A stretch of DNA of 64,000 bases. Source: Spirochaetota bacterium (lineage in GTDB: Bacteria > Spirochaetota > UBA4802 > UBA5550). Made by a program: the position numbers and the translations under genes. This document shows, piece after piece, positions 49,114-58,894 of this stretch. Under the pieces are notes generated by a model that was not told where the DNA came from, made no database searches, and was given only the letters and a program-made list of their open reading frames with translations. Numbering within the stretch: the first letter of the stretch is position 1; the number at the start of each line of letters is the position of its first letter. The DNA is taken from assembly GCA_963664815.2 (NCBI GenBank), contig CAXXHB010000003.1:928001-992000 (forward strand), given 5' to 3'.

Positions 49114-51339
49114 ATGGCTGATGAAAACAGTGAGAAGAATTTTAAAAATGTATATTTCAGCGAGAGCCGGGAGCTTCTTGATTCAATGGAGATGTCGTTA
49201 CTGGCACTTGAAAAAGACAGTGAAGATAAAGATTCAATCGACTCTCTGTTCAGGGCTGCCCATACGATTAAGGGTAGTTCGGGCATGTTTGGATTCGGAC
49301 GGATTGGGGATTTTACGCATTTTCTTGAAAGTGTCCTGGTGGGAGTGAGAAATGGAACACTTCCAATAACAACCGAGATGACCGGTCTTCTGCTTGAATG
49401 TCATGATTTTATTCAGATACTCCTTGACCACTATCAGAGCGAGGAGGATCTCCCTCTTGATGCTGAGTCTGAAGACTTGTTTAAAGATCTCATAGATCGC
49501 CTCAACTCATACCTGTCTGTGCCGGGAAAAAGTAAAAATGAAGTAAGCCGGAATACAATTGAAGATAAAATGGCCGGGTCCGATATTCCAGCCGTAATAT
49601 CGGATACCGATGTTGAGGTAATTTCTGTAAATAACGACTGCTGGCATATATCACTGAGATTCGGTAAAAATGTATTTAAAGACGGCCTTGATCCTTATCC
49701 ATTTATAAGTTACCTTGGAGAAAAAGGGGAGATAAAGAGTATAAAGACAGTTTATGAAGATATGCCAACTGGCGGTGGTATGATCGCTGATCTCTGCTAT
49801 CTGGGATTTGAAATGGACTTTTTAAGCAACATAAGTAAAAAAGAGATAGAGGATGTCTTTAGTTTTGTCGCGGGTGACTGCGATATACGGATTCTCCCCC
49901 CTAAAACTAGTCTGGCAGATTATGTTAAACTTATTGAAGCGCTGCCGGAAACTCCTATGAAGATCGGAGAGATGCTGCGTGAGATAGGCTCGCTGACCGA
50001 TGCTGAACTTGCGAAAGCCCTGGAGCTGCAGTCTGACTTGTCTGCAGTCAGGGATAAGGCGCCGGAAGATCTTCTTGTGGGAAATATCCTTGTTGAAGAG
50101 AAGATGGTTCAGAAATATATCCTGGAAGCAGCTCTTGCAAAACAGGAAAATATAAAGAAGAGAGAGGAGAATAACCAGAAACTTATCAGGATAGACGCGG
50201 AAAAGCTCGATCATCTTATAAATCTTATAGGTGAACTTGTAATAACAGGATCTAACGTAAAACAGGTTACTGAATCTGAAGATAAGCTTGGCATAGCTAA
50301 AGCTGTTACGGATATGTCAAAGCTCATTGAAGAGATAAGGGACAGCACTATGGGAATACGGATGGTGCCAATAGGAGAAACATTCAGCAGGTTTGAACGG
50401 GTAGTGCGTGATCTGAGCAGGGAGAGGGGTAAAAAGATTGAACTGAAGATTGTAGGCGGTGAAACTGAACTTGATAAAACAATTATAGACAAGTTGTCCG
50501 ATCCGTTGATACATCTTATAAGGAATTCGGTGGATCATGGGATAGATACACCGGCGGAGAGAGAAAAATCGGGGAAGCCGCCGCTCGGCAGTATTACATT
50601 AACAGCGTATCATGAAACCGGAAACATTGTAATTGAGGTATCGGATGACGGGGAGGGGCTTGACGATGAGAAAATAAGAAATAAGGCAATAGAACAGGGT
50701 CTTGCCAGAGCAGACCAGGTTTACACAAGTGATGAATTATACCACTTTATTTTTCTGCCAGGTTTTTCCACCGCATCAGAGGTGTCAAACATCTCGGGGC
50801 GCGGTGTGGGGATGGATGTTGTAAAGAAGAATATTGAATCATTGCGGGGAAATGTATTTCTTGAAAGTGAAAAGGGTCATGGTACAACTGTAAGAATTCA
50901 TCTGCCGCTGACACTCGCTATAATTGACGGGTTTATGGTCAGGATTGCCTCGTCTTATTATGTACTGGCGCTGGATATGGTAACAGAATGTACTGACTTC
51001 AATATAAAGGAACTCAATTCTAAGGAGGGTGGCAATTACATAGATCTTCGGGGCGATGTTCTCCCGTTTATGAAGATGAGGGAATTTTTCCATGAGCCTG
51101 GAGAAGAGCCGGAAAAACCTAAGGTCGTGGTGGTGGAATACTCAAGGAAAAAATTCGGTCTGGTGGTTGATGACCTTGTGGGGGAATTTCAGACAGTTAT
51201 AAAGCCGATGGGGAAAATATTCAGTAAGCTTCAGTGGTTAAGCGGTTCCACGATACTTGGAACGGGAGAGGTGGCATATATCCTGGATGTGCCTAAACTG
51301 ATAAAAAACGCCAGGAATAAGGAGTTTAATGAATCATAA
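49114..51339 (+). CDS. cheA: Chemotaxis histidine kinase CheA
   Basis: Hpt FRAAHTIKG, HLIRNSVDHGI, DDGEG, GFST, SGRGVGMDVV, P5 LPLTLAII. Confidence 0.97.
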   Translation: MADENSEKNFKNVYFSESRELLDSMEMSLLALEKDSEDKDSIDSLFRAAHTIKGSSGMFGFGRIGDFTHFLESVLVGVRNGTLPITTEMTGLLLECHDFIQILLDHYQSEEDLPLDAESEDLFKDLIDRLNSYLSVPGKSKNEVSRNTIEDKMAGSDIPAVISDTDVEVISVNNDCWHISLRFGKNVFKDGLDPYPFISYLGEKGEIKSIKTVYEDMPTGGGMIADLCYLGFEMDFLSNISKKEIEDVFSFVAGDCDIRILPPKTSLADYVKLIEALPETPMKIGEMLREIGSLTDAELAKALELQSDLSAVRDKAPEDLLVGNILVEEKMVQKYILEAALAKQENIKKREENNQKLIRIDAEKLDHLINLIGELVITGSNVKQVTESEDKLGIAKAVTDMSKLIEEIRDSTMGIRMVPIGETFSRFERVVRDLSRERGKKIELKIVGGETELDKTIIDKLSDPLIHLIRNSVDHGIDTPAEREKSGKPPLGSITLTAYHETGNIVIEVSDDGEGLDDEKIRNKAIEQGLARADQVYTSDELYHFIFLPGFSTASEVSNISGRGVGMDVVKKNIESLRGNVFLESEKGHGTTVRIHLPLTLAIIDGFMVRIASSYYVLALDMVTECTDFNIKELNSKEGGNYIDLRGDVLPFMKMREFFHEPGEEPEKPKVVVVEYSRKKFGLVVDDLVGEFQTVIKPMGKIFSKLQWLSGSTILGTGEVAYILDVPKLIKNARNKEFNES

Positions 51340-51527
51340 AGATCTACTGAATGAAAGATTTTATTACTGGTATTATATTGAAATGAAGTTTATAAATGAA
51401 GTTTATAAAAGATGTTATTGTCCTTAATGCTGAAACTGATTATGATTTTACGAAGTAAGAGGTGGCATGTATTTTTCGTGTATTGCCATGGAAGTTGGGT
51501 ATATTGAAACTAAACTGGAGGGGGGAG

Positions 51528-52193
51528 ATGAACAATAAAATCCGGATCTATATTGCTGATGATCATGCCATACTTAGAGACGGACTTAAGCTGATACTTC
51601 TGCGAAATGATGAATTTGAGATTGCAGGAGAGGCCGGAGACGGGAAGAAGGCTTTGGAGGAGATTGAAAAAATCAAACCCGATATTGTTCTTATTGATAT
51701 ATCAATGCCGGGAATGACAGGTCTTGAGGTTACAAGGCAGATAAAAAAATATAACAAAAAGATTAAAATAGTGATATTATCCCGCCACGATAATGAAATT
51801 CATATAAATGAGGCATTGCTTAACGGTGCTGATGGGTATATACTTAAAGATTATGCGGCTGACGAACTTATTCGCGCTTTAACTGAAGTAATGAAGGGGG
51901 AAATATACCTGAGTCCGAGCCTAATTACTCTGGTTATAACAAACAAAATCAGCATTTCCAGAAATAATCCGGATCAGCAGAAAATTAATCCGAATGATGT
52001 GCTGTCTAAAAGAGAAAAGCAGATTCTGATACATATAAGTGAAAGCAAAACAAGTAAGGAGATAGCTTCAATTCTGAGAATTTCAGAGGATACGGTTAAA
52101 GTTCACAGATCAAATATAATGAAGAAACTCAATTTACATAGATCTACAGAACTGACTAAATACGCCATTAAAAATGACTTTATTGAAATATAA
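51528..52193 (+). CDS. NarL/LuxR family response regulator
   Basis: IADDH, DISMP, LSKREKQIL..TVKVHRSNIMKKL. Confidence 0.94.
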   Translation: MNNKIRIYIADDHAILRDGLKLILLRNDEFEIAGEAGDGKKALEEIEKIKPDIVLIDISMPGMTGLEVTRQIKKYNKKIKIVILSRHDNEIHINEALLNGADGYILKDYAADELIRALTEVMKGEIYLSPSLITLVITNKISISRNNPDQQKINPNDVLSKREKQILIHISESKTSKEIASILRISEDTVKVHRSNIMKKLNLHRSTELTKYAIKNDFIEI

Positions 52194-52236
52194 ATATTTT
52201 ATGTTTTGCAGTAGAATAAAATAAATCCCGGGGATT

Positions 52237-52737
52237 TTATTTTACGACCTTTTCGTTTTCTCTCTGTGTTTTGGCTATCATAAGAAGTCTGAAGAATTTA
52301 TCCCATTCTTTTTCATCAACTATTCTCCAGTTCCCTTTACCTCTTTTATTTTCAACGTACTCCCTTTTTATATTTTCAACAGATGCTTTCTTGGCAAGAA
52401 AAATCCAGAGCAGCAGGAAAACTATTATGGCAGCTATTATGAATGAATATTTAATAATAATGAATGATTCCGTTTTACCGGCAGCCATGTAAATTACTAC
52501 AAGGAGAAGAGCGGAGGCTGTCCCGGTAATCATCAGGGAAAGAAAAAAGTTTGATATCCATCCTTTACCTGAGAGAATATCTTTCACGGAAAGTTCAAGG
52601 GTATGTTCTTCTATTGTACTGTCGTCCATTTCAAGCACCATCTTTGAAAAAACTGTTCCCGGAACAACCTTCTCGACATTGTTTACCATAATGCTTCTGA
52701 ACCTGTAAGTATTATTTCCCATATTTCCTCCAGTCAT
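52237..52737 (-). CDS. Hypothetical 2-TM membrane protein
   Basis: Two hydrophobic helices, ggagg RBS; no family recognised. Confidence 0.65.
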   Translation of the reverse strand: MTGGNMGNNTYRFRSIMVNNVEKVVPGTVFSKMVLEMDDSTIEEHTLELSVKDILSGKGWISNFFLSLMITGTASALLLVVIYMAAGKTESFIIIKYSFIIAAIIVFLLLWIFLAKKASVENIKREYVENKRGKGNWRIVDEKEWDKFFRLLMIAKTQRENEKVVK

Positions 52738-53040
52738 TCCACAACACCGGGAATGATAAAATCCGGAATAATATCCGGTAAAATAAAACCAAGGTCAAGC
52801 AATAATCGTATATTATATCGCATTCTTTTATAAACCGTTAAAGAAATTGAGAATGTAAACAGGTCAAATATACAAAGAAACAGGTATCTGTCAAACATGA
52901 GAGGGAATTTTCAGATATTTCAGAATGATTTATTATCAATTTTTTAAATTCAGGGAGTATTTACACTGATACAGGTCATTTAATGAAATTATATTCAAAC
53001 CAGTATCAGCCGATAGTTTTTATCTGCCTCAATGGTTATA

Positions 53041-54915
53041 TTACCTGGCGGTTTCGGCTGTTGTGCTTTTACTGATTGCCTCGTATAATACATTGAGTAT
53101 CCTTGAACGGATATTCATACTGGCAAGTTTATTCGGTGTTTTAGGATAAGTCCGGTTTGAAAGAAATATGAAAATAAGGTTGTTCTCAGGATCAGCCCAG
53201 ACGCAGGTTCCGGTAAATCCGGTATGTCCGAATATTTTCCGGGATGCCATGGATGAAGGAAACCCGTACCTGCTTTCCGGATCCCACCCGTCAAACCCGA
53301 GTGTGCGGCGGTTGAGGTCTGAACACTTTGCGGTAAAGCTGTCAACAGTCTCCCCTCTGAAATATGTGGCGCCTCCGTAGCTTCCGCGGTTTAACAACAT
53401 CTGAAATAATATGGCCAGATCATTTCCATCAGAAAAAAGCCCGGCATGACCCGCCACTCCACCAGTCATGGCGGCGGCCTGGTCATGAACATATCCGGTC
53501 AGGGTTGTATTTCTGAAGTAGTCATCAACTTCCGTGGGTACCAGCCTTTCCCGCGAAAACCTTTCACGCGGATTAAATCCTGAGGTCTGCATCCCCAGCG
53601 GAATGTAGAAATTGTTGTTCAGGTATTTATAAAAGCTCTGCCCTGTTCTTCTTTCAACCAGTTCTTTGACAAAGAACATGCCGATGTCGCTGTATACATA
53701 TCTCCCTCTTGTTTCAACAGGAGATTTCAGGATGCGGGGCCACATATTCTTTTTATAATAATTTTTTCTCAGAAAATATTTATCTGTTACCCTTACACTG
53801 TATGCTGCGGAATATTTTGTTCTGTAGTCGTCTTTTGTTATATACCTGCTGAAATCAAGCGATGGTGAGAGTCCCGCCTCATGCGTCATAAGCTCCTTCA
53901 CCGTTATGTTTTTCTTGTTAGTCCTTCGCGTTTCGGGTATATATGATGAGACGGCTCTTTCAAGAATGAGTTTTTTCTGTTCGTAAAGGCGCATGACGGC
54001 AATTGTCGTTGCGGCTGATTTGGTTATAGATGCAAGATCGTATATGTCTGTTGTGCTGACTGCCTGTTTGCCGTCATAGGTATGGTACCCGTATGATTTT
54101 TCAAAAATTACCTTCCCGTCTTTAACAACTATTATTACCGCACCCGGGGTGGCCTTCCCGCTGATTGCCTCATCCATGATTTCATCTACAGGTTTGAGGT
54201 CGTCACAATTGATACCTGCATCTTCAGGGACTGTATATTTTAAACGAACCGGAGATAGGCATTTTCCGTTTGAAGATATTGATACTCCTCCGAAGACAGC
54301 CTGTGCGCAATAAACTGCCGAAATCTCAGAGTCCATGGGGGTAATTATCACCGGATAACTGAGTTTGTCCGTGTTTTTCAATATGCCGCTTTCACCTGCA
54401 GCGCAGATTATTAATTGTTTTGTTTTCCTGAGATTGTTAATGAATTTAAAAACCCGGGGGGTATCGAGGGCTTTGCCTGTGGCTTGTATTATTACTGTAT
54501 TAAACGTTTTTAACTTTCTGTTTAACTCTTTCATGTCAGAAATCTTAAAAGACCCTCCAGTAACAGAAAAGGAAGTAACCTGCGAATATTTCCTGAGCAT
54601 GCCTGTAAAGGGAGTGGAGTGTTCTGAATCAATACTGATACATGCAATTTTCCGTTTTTCAAGATTTTTCAGCGGGAGAATATTTTTAGCGTTATTAAAA
54701 AGAGCTGTTGAATCTTCAACTTTCTTCTGCTCCCCGAGGCAGAGTAAATTATTGTTATGCTGTTCAGATTCGGCGCAATTTACCGGAAATGCGGCATAAA
54801 GTATCAGTGAAAGAGCTGCAATGGTAAGGGATAGAACTCCTGCCGGCGAAAGCCCCGATATTTTTTTTATTGCATTCACAAAGGAATATTTCTTCAGAAT
54901 GCTTGTTGATGTCAA
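53041..54915 (-). CDS. Serine hydrolase (beta-lactamase/AmiE-like) with a GH3 C-terminal-like domain
   Basis: DLASITK (SxxK), YVYSD, FGHTGFTG; N-terminal ILPLKNLEKRKIA segment typical of the GH3_C junction. Confidence 0.88.
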   Translation of the reverse strand: MTSTSILKKYSFVNAIKKISGLSPAGVLSLTIAALSLILYAAFPVNCAESEQHNNNLLCLGEQKKVEDSTALFNNAKNILPLKNLEKRKIACISIDSEHSTPFTGMLRKYSQVTSFSVTGGSFKISDMKELNRKLKTFNTVIIQATGKALDTPRVFKFINNLRKTKQLIICAAGESGILKNTDKLSYPVIITPMDSEISAVYCAQAVFGGVSISSNGKCLSPVRLKYTVPEDAGINCDDLKPVDEIMDEAISGKATPGAVIIVVKDGKVIFEKSYGYHTYDGKQAVSTTDIYDLASITKSAATTIAVMRLYEQKKLILERAVSSYIPETRRTNKKNITVKELMTHEAGLSPSLDFSRYITKDDYRTKYSAAYSVRVTDKYFLRKNYYKKNMWPRILKSPVETRGRYVYSDIGMFFVKELVERRTGQSFYKYLNNNFYIPLGMQTSGFNPRERFSRERLVPTEVDDYFRNTTLTGYVHDQAAAMTGGVAGHAGLFSDGNDLAILFQMLLNRGSYGGATYFRGETVDSFTAKCSDLNRRTLGFDGWDPESRYGFPSSMASRKIFGHTGFTGTCVWADPENNLIFIFLSNRTYPKTPNKLASMNIRSRILNVLYEAISKSTTAETAR

Positions 54916-55524
54916 TTATATTACCTGATACTGTGGATTATGTTTAGCAGTAAGATAGAATATAAAACTTCGGATAGCAGGTAAAATTGCAGCAGTTTAA
55001 ACTTACAGTTATTGTTGTGTATATTCCAATTCCTGACCGGCAATTGGAAATGCCGGCGAAATTTTTTCTGACAGGAATGTAAATCTGTTTATGGATGTTA
55101 AATCCTCTGTTACATATACTTAACTAAAGCAGGGAAATCTCCCCATTATAAATACAGATCATTCCCCTATTTACAAAAAGCGTCAGTCGGCCTATTATAC
55201 TATAATGGTTAGACCTTGATATATTTTAGTGCAGAAATATTCAGTATATTCCTGCCGGCCTTATAGGCAGGGATATGCTGCACATTTTTAATCACAGACG
55301 CAGGTTGAATAATAAAAACTGAACTTGTTCAGTTAAAAATAAAGGGTGTTGGCAATAACTCAATTTATAAGCGGAGTACTGGAAGGATTTTTTAAGATTT
55401 TCACTTTGATGTTAACCGGTGTATTGGCTGTTGATACTTACTGGCCTGCATTGATAACATCATGGTGGAAGCTCCTTCAATGACTCCGCATGGAATACTT
55501 AAATAACATACAGGAGTTAATAAA

Positions 55525-56505
55525 ATGTTTCTGTTCGAATCGATCCCTTTACAGTCAGCCCTGATGTGGCTTGCAGTCCTTGCCGGTCTGATTCTTCTCA
55601 ATGAACTGGCCCGAATGAACAAATGGTTCTCCCTTCTGATTTTCCTCTTATTACCCCTTATCCTGATTTTCACAGTCTGGCCACGGACTGCAGGTGAAGG
55701 CTCCGGTACCGTTACATGGTTTTGCCGGGTTCAGGTGTATTCGGCGCTGGCCGGATGTCTCGGCTTCCTTGCGCTGAGACATGTCCATGGAGCCGCTAAA
55801 AACAGGTTATTCATGATGTTTCCCCCATTCATTCTGGTGTTAAGCATAATGGAAGCCTGTATCCGTGATTTTCAGAGTTACAGTTTTAATGGCGTGTATG
55901 ACGGCGTATTGACGGCCGGTGGTCCATGGAATATAATTAATGCTATCGCCGGGTTGCTTAGTATAATCACAATCTCAGGCTGTCTTGGCATCTATATCAG
56001 CAGGGACAAAAAGAAAGACATGCTCTGGCCGGATATGCTCTGGTTCTGGATTATTGCATATGATCTGTGGAACTTCGCCTATATTTACAACTGTTACCCG
56101 GATCACGCGTTTTATACCGGAGCGGCATTGCTGGTTTCATGTACAATTCCCGCTTTTTTCATCAGGAAAGGGGCATGGCTGCAGCATCGCGTACAGACCC
56201 TGGCAATCTGGATGATGTTTGTTATGTGTTTTCCATCTTTTGTAGATTCATCAGTATATGCTGTAAAATCATCCCACAGTACTGCGGCTTTGTGGACAGT
56301 GAGTTTGATCGCGCTGTTTTGCAACGTTGCGGTTTTTGTCTGTCATATGTACAGAATTTTAAAATACAGACTGAATCCTTTGAAGGATGAAGTTTATGTC
56401 GGTCTGAAATCCTTCAGGGATGTCAAGTATGCGGATGTCTCCTCTTCGGATGAGGTATACTATAGATTCGGCTATTACGAAACTACATTATGGAATCCTT
56501 ATTAG
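55525..56505 (+). CDS. DUF5692-like multi-pass membrane protein
   Basis: LLNELAR, DMLWPDMLWFWIIAYDLWNFAYIYNC, GAWLQHR motifs. Confidence 0.8.
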   Translation: MFLFESIPLQSALMWLAVLAGLILLNELARMNKWFSLLIFLLLPLILIFTVWPRTAGEGSGTVTWFCRVQVYSALAGCLGFLALRHVHGAAKNRLFMMFPPFILVLSIMEACIRDFQSYSFNGVYDGVLTAGGPWNIINAIAGLLSIITISGCLGIYISRDKKKDMLWPDMLWFWIIAYDLWNFAYIYNCYPDHAFYTGAALLVSCTIPAFFIRKGAWLQHRVQTLAIWMMFVMCFPSFVDSSVYAVKSSHSTAALWTVSLIALFCNVAVFVCHMYRILKYRLNPLKDEVYVGLKSFRDVKYADVSSSDEVYYRFGYYETTLWNPY

Positions 56506-56543
56506 GACTTTTGCCGGTTCAGGATTGAATTTGACGTAATAGC

Positions 56544-56578
56544 AGTTTACCCTCCCGAACCGGGAGGGTAAACTTTTT
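56544..56578 (+). terminator. Intrinsic terminator
   Basis: agtttaccctcccg-aac-cgggagggtaaact, perfect 14-bp stem plus T-run. Confidence 0.9.
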
Positions 56579-56714
56579 AAACATATCTCATGCCGGATCT
56601 GATAAATCTTTATAATAGAAACACCATCCTTGACAGAAGAATTATAAATCAGATTCTGAAACCTTCAGTAATTTAAATTACTGTAATTCCACTGAATTGC
56701 ATTATGGCAAACCA

Positions 56715-57686
56715 TTAAAGCCCGGCGATAAAAACAGCTCGAACAGGTGCGGGGTATCCTTCAATTGTTCTGCTGTTGTCATCTGGTTTAAGGAAATCGG
56801 CGAGGGTCTCGGTGTTAATCCACTCTGTCTTTCTCTGTTCTTCTGCAGTTGTCGCGGATATATCAACGCAGCGTATATCTCTGAAACCGGCTTTCTTCAG
56901 CCACGAGGCAAGAACCGGTATTGACGGTATAAAATACACATTCGGCATCTTCGCGTAACGATCCTCAGGGATAAGGGCGGTATGGGTTTCTCCCTCAATT
57001 ATAAGGGTCTCAAGAACAACTTCACCGTCTCCTGTGAGCATTTTCCTTATCTGTGTGAGAAAATCTACAGGTGACCTTCTGTGATAGAGTATCCCCATGC
57101 AGAAAATTGTGTCAAACTTTTTGTCAAGAGATGTTACATCCTCAAATCTCAGGGGAAGTGTGAAGATATTGTTTATTCCGGCCATTGAGTTCAACATCAT
57201 AAACTGGTAGTAGAAGTTCGTATAAGGCTCTATACCCATTACCATTGACGGATTATACTCCATCATCCTGAACATATAGTAACCGTTGCTGGAACCAATG
57301 TCCAGTATATGACGGCCTTCAGGCGATTTGATGCTGCTGATTACCCTGTCCCATTTAAGATTTGATCTCCATTCGGAATCTATATATATTCCGAAAATCT
57401 CAAATGGGCCCTTGCGCCATGGCCACATTGTGAGGAGCGAATTGCGCAGTTCCGTTCTAAGATTGTCATCTATCTCTTCAGGGTTTCCGATTTTTACAAC
57501 CGATGAGGTAAAACCGGTATATGACGCTTTAAGAGAACTGTATTTATTAACGACAGCAGAAAAGAGTTTGCCCTTGTTGTCGGTTTTTGAAAGATAACTG
57601 ATCCTTGATCCGGAAATCGTTTCAAGGTGAGAAATATCTTTATCAGAGAATCCAAGTTCATTAGTGCAGGAGGGCATTATCTTCAT
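56715..57686 (-). CDS. cmoB: tRNA U34 carboxymethyltransferase
   Basis: PWRKGPF, IDSEWRSNLKW, GILYHRRSP, RYAKMPNVYFIP, EQRKTEW, TIEGYPAP. Confidence 0.95.
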   Translation of the reverse strand: MKIMPSCTNELGFSDKDISHLETISGSRISYLSKTDNKGKLFSAVVNKYSSLKASYTGFTSSVVKIGNPEEIDDNLRTELRNSLLTMWPWRKGPFEIFGIYIDSEWRSNLKWDRVISSIKSPEGRHILDIGSSNGYYMFRMMEYNPSMVMGIEPYTNFYYQFMMLNSMAGINNIFTLPLRFEDVTSLDKKFDTIFCMGILYHRRSPVDFLTQIRKMLTGDGEVVLETLIIEGETHTALIPEDRYAKMPNVYFIPSIPVLASWLKKAGFRDIRCVDISATTAEEQRKTEWINTETLADFLKPDDNSRTIEGYPAPVRAVFIAGL

Positions 57687-58414
57687 GGTTCCTTCCTGCA
57701 TAGAAATGCCGCGAAGTGGAACCATTTGAACCATATTTCAATTTCATTAAAACCAGCCTTTCTGAATCTTTCAATATGTGCTTCAACTGTTTCCGGAATC
57801 AGAACATTTTCCAGTGCTTCCCTTTTTTTTGTAATTTCGATTTTCGAGTAACCGTTAGTCTCTTTCAGTCTGTAGTAATAATCCTGCTGCAGTTGTGCCA
57901 GATTTTTGCTTGAGTTTACCGTTTTTTCAGTTATCAGAAAGACCCCGCCCGGTATAAGGGCATCGTAGACTCTATTTATCAGTATATCCCTTTTTTCAAC
58001 GGGGATAAACTGAAGTGTCAGGTTGGCGATTATTACAGAGGATTTTTCAAACTCTATGTCCATTATATCGGAGAGTACCGGTGTAATCCTTTCATACCCG
58101 ATATAACCTGAAATCCTCCCTTTAAAAAATTCAAGCATCGGCGCGGAGTTGTCTACAGCGATGAGATGAAAATCTTTTTCACCCATTTCAGAGATAAATC
58201 CTGCAGTAAAATTTCCGTTTGAACAGCCAAGGTCATATACTTTTGTGCCGGTTTTATAAAATCTTGCGGTCAGGCTGCTCTGCAGTTCTATAATTTCCCT
58301 GTAATGAGGAACGGATCTTGTGATCATGTCGTCGAAAACAGAAGCTACCTTTTCATTGAACTCAAAAGGGGAGACGTCACCTTCAATATTAAATAAATTA
58401 TCTTTTTGATTCAT
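57683..58414 (-). CDS. cmoA: Carboxy-SAM synthase
   Basis: FEFNEKVASVFDDMITRSVPHY, YDLGCS, TLQFI, KREALENVL. Confidence 0.95.
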   Translation of the reverse strand: MNQKDNLFNIEGDVSPFEFNEKVASVFDDMITRSVPHYREIIELQSSLTARFYKTGTKVYDLGCSNGNFTAGFISEMGEKDFHLIAVDNSAPMLEFFKGRISGYIGYERITPVLSDIMDIEFEKSSVIIANLTLQFIPVEKRDILINRVYDALIPGGVFLITEKTVNSSKNLAQLQQDYYYRLKETNGYSKIEITKKREALENVLIPETVEAHIERFRKAGFNEIEIWFKWFHFAAFLCRKEP

Positions 58415-58894
58415 TAGCTTTATCCATTAGCTTTTCCTTTTTCGGAGCTGACCAGATCAGCGCAGGAAATTTTTATTCAGGGATTTTATCACTGCAATAA
58501 TACTTAAGTATATGAACAGCTTTCAATAATTGAGAATAATTTGTAAAGCAATCTTTGAATTGATTTAAAATGGCAGGTTATTCCGGAGATCACAGTGCTT
58601 CGCGCATTTGTGATCCTGAAAATAAATTGCTGCACTGATTTACTCTGAAAACATAAAGCTTATATTTAAAATATGGTGTGTAAAATTTTTATTATTATAG
58701 TTGCATTTTTATAAAATATTGATATTATAGTGTTAGTGAAAAGTTTCAATAATAGTTCTTAAACACTATTATAATAAGAAAATGCTATATTCTCACCTTC
58801 GTCGAAGGCGGTAATGAGAGTTAGTCATTCATTTTATATTAAAATTTATGTTAAGGAATTAACATCGAAAAATATAGTCTTTCAGGAGGATTTT

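Noticed and set aside
3895-58414. Functional link between PrrC and cmoAB or tRNA-Gly
   Set aside because: PrrC targets tRNA-Lys with xm5s2U, whereas CmoAB modify other tRNAs; the genes are over 50 kb apart, and the tRNA is better explained as an integration site.
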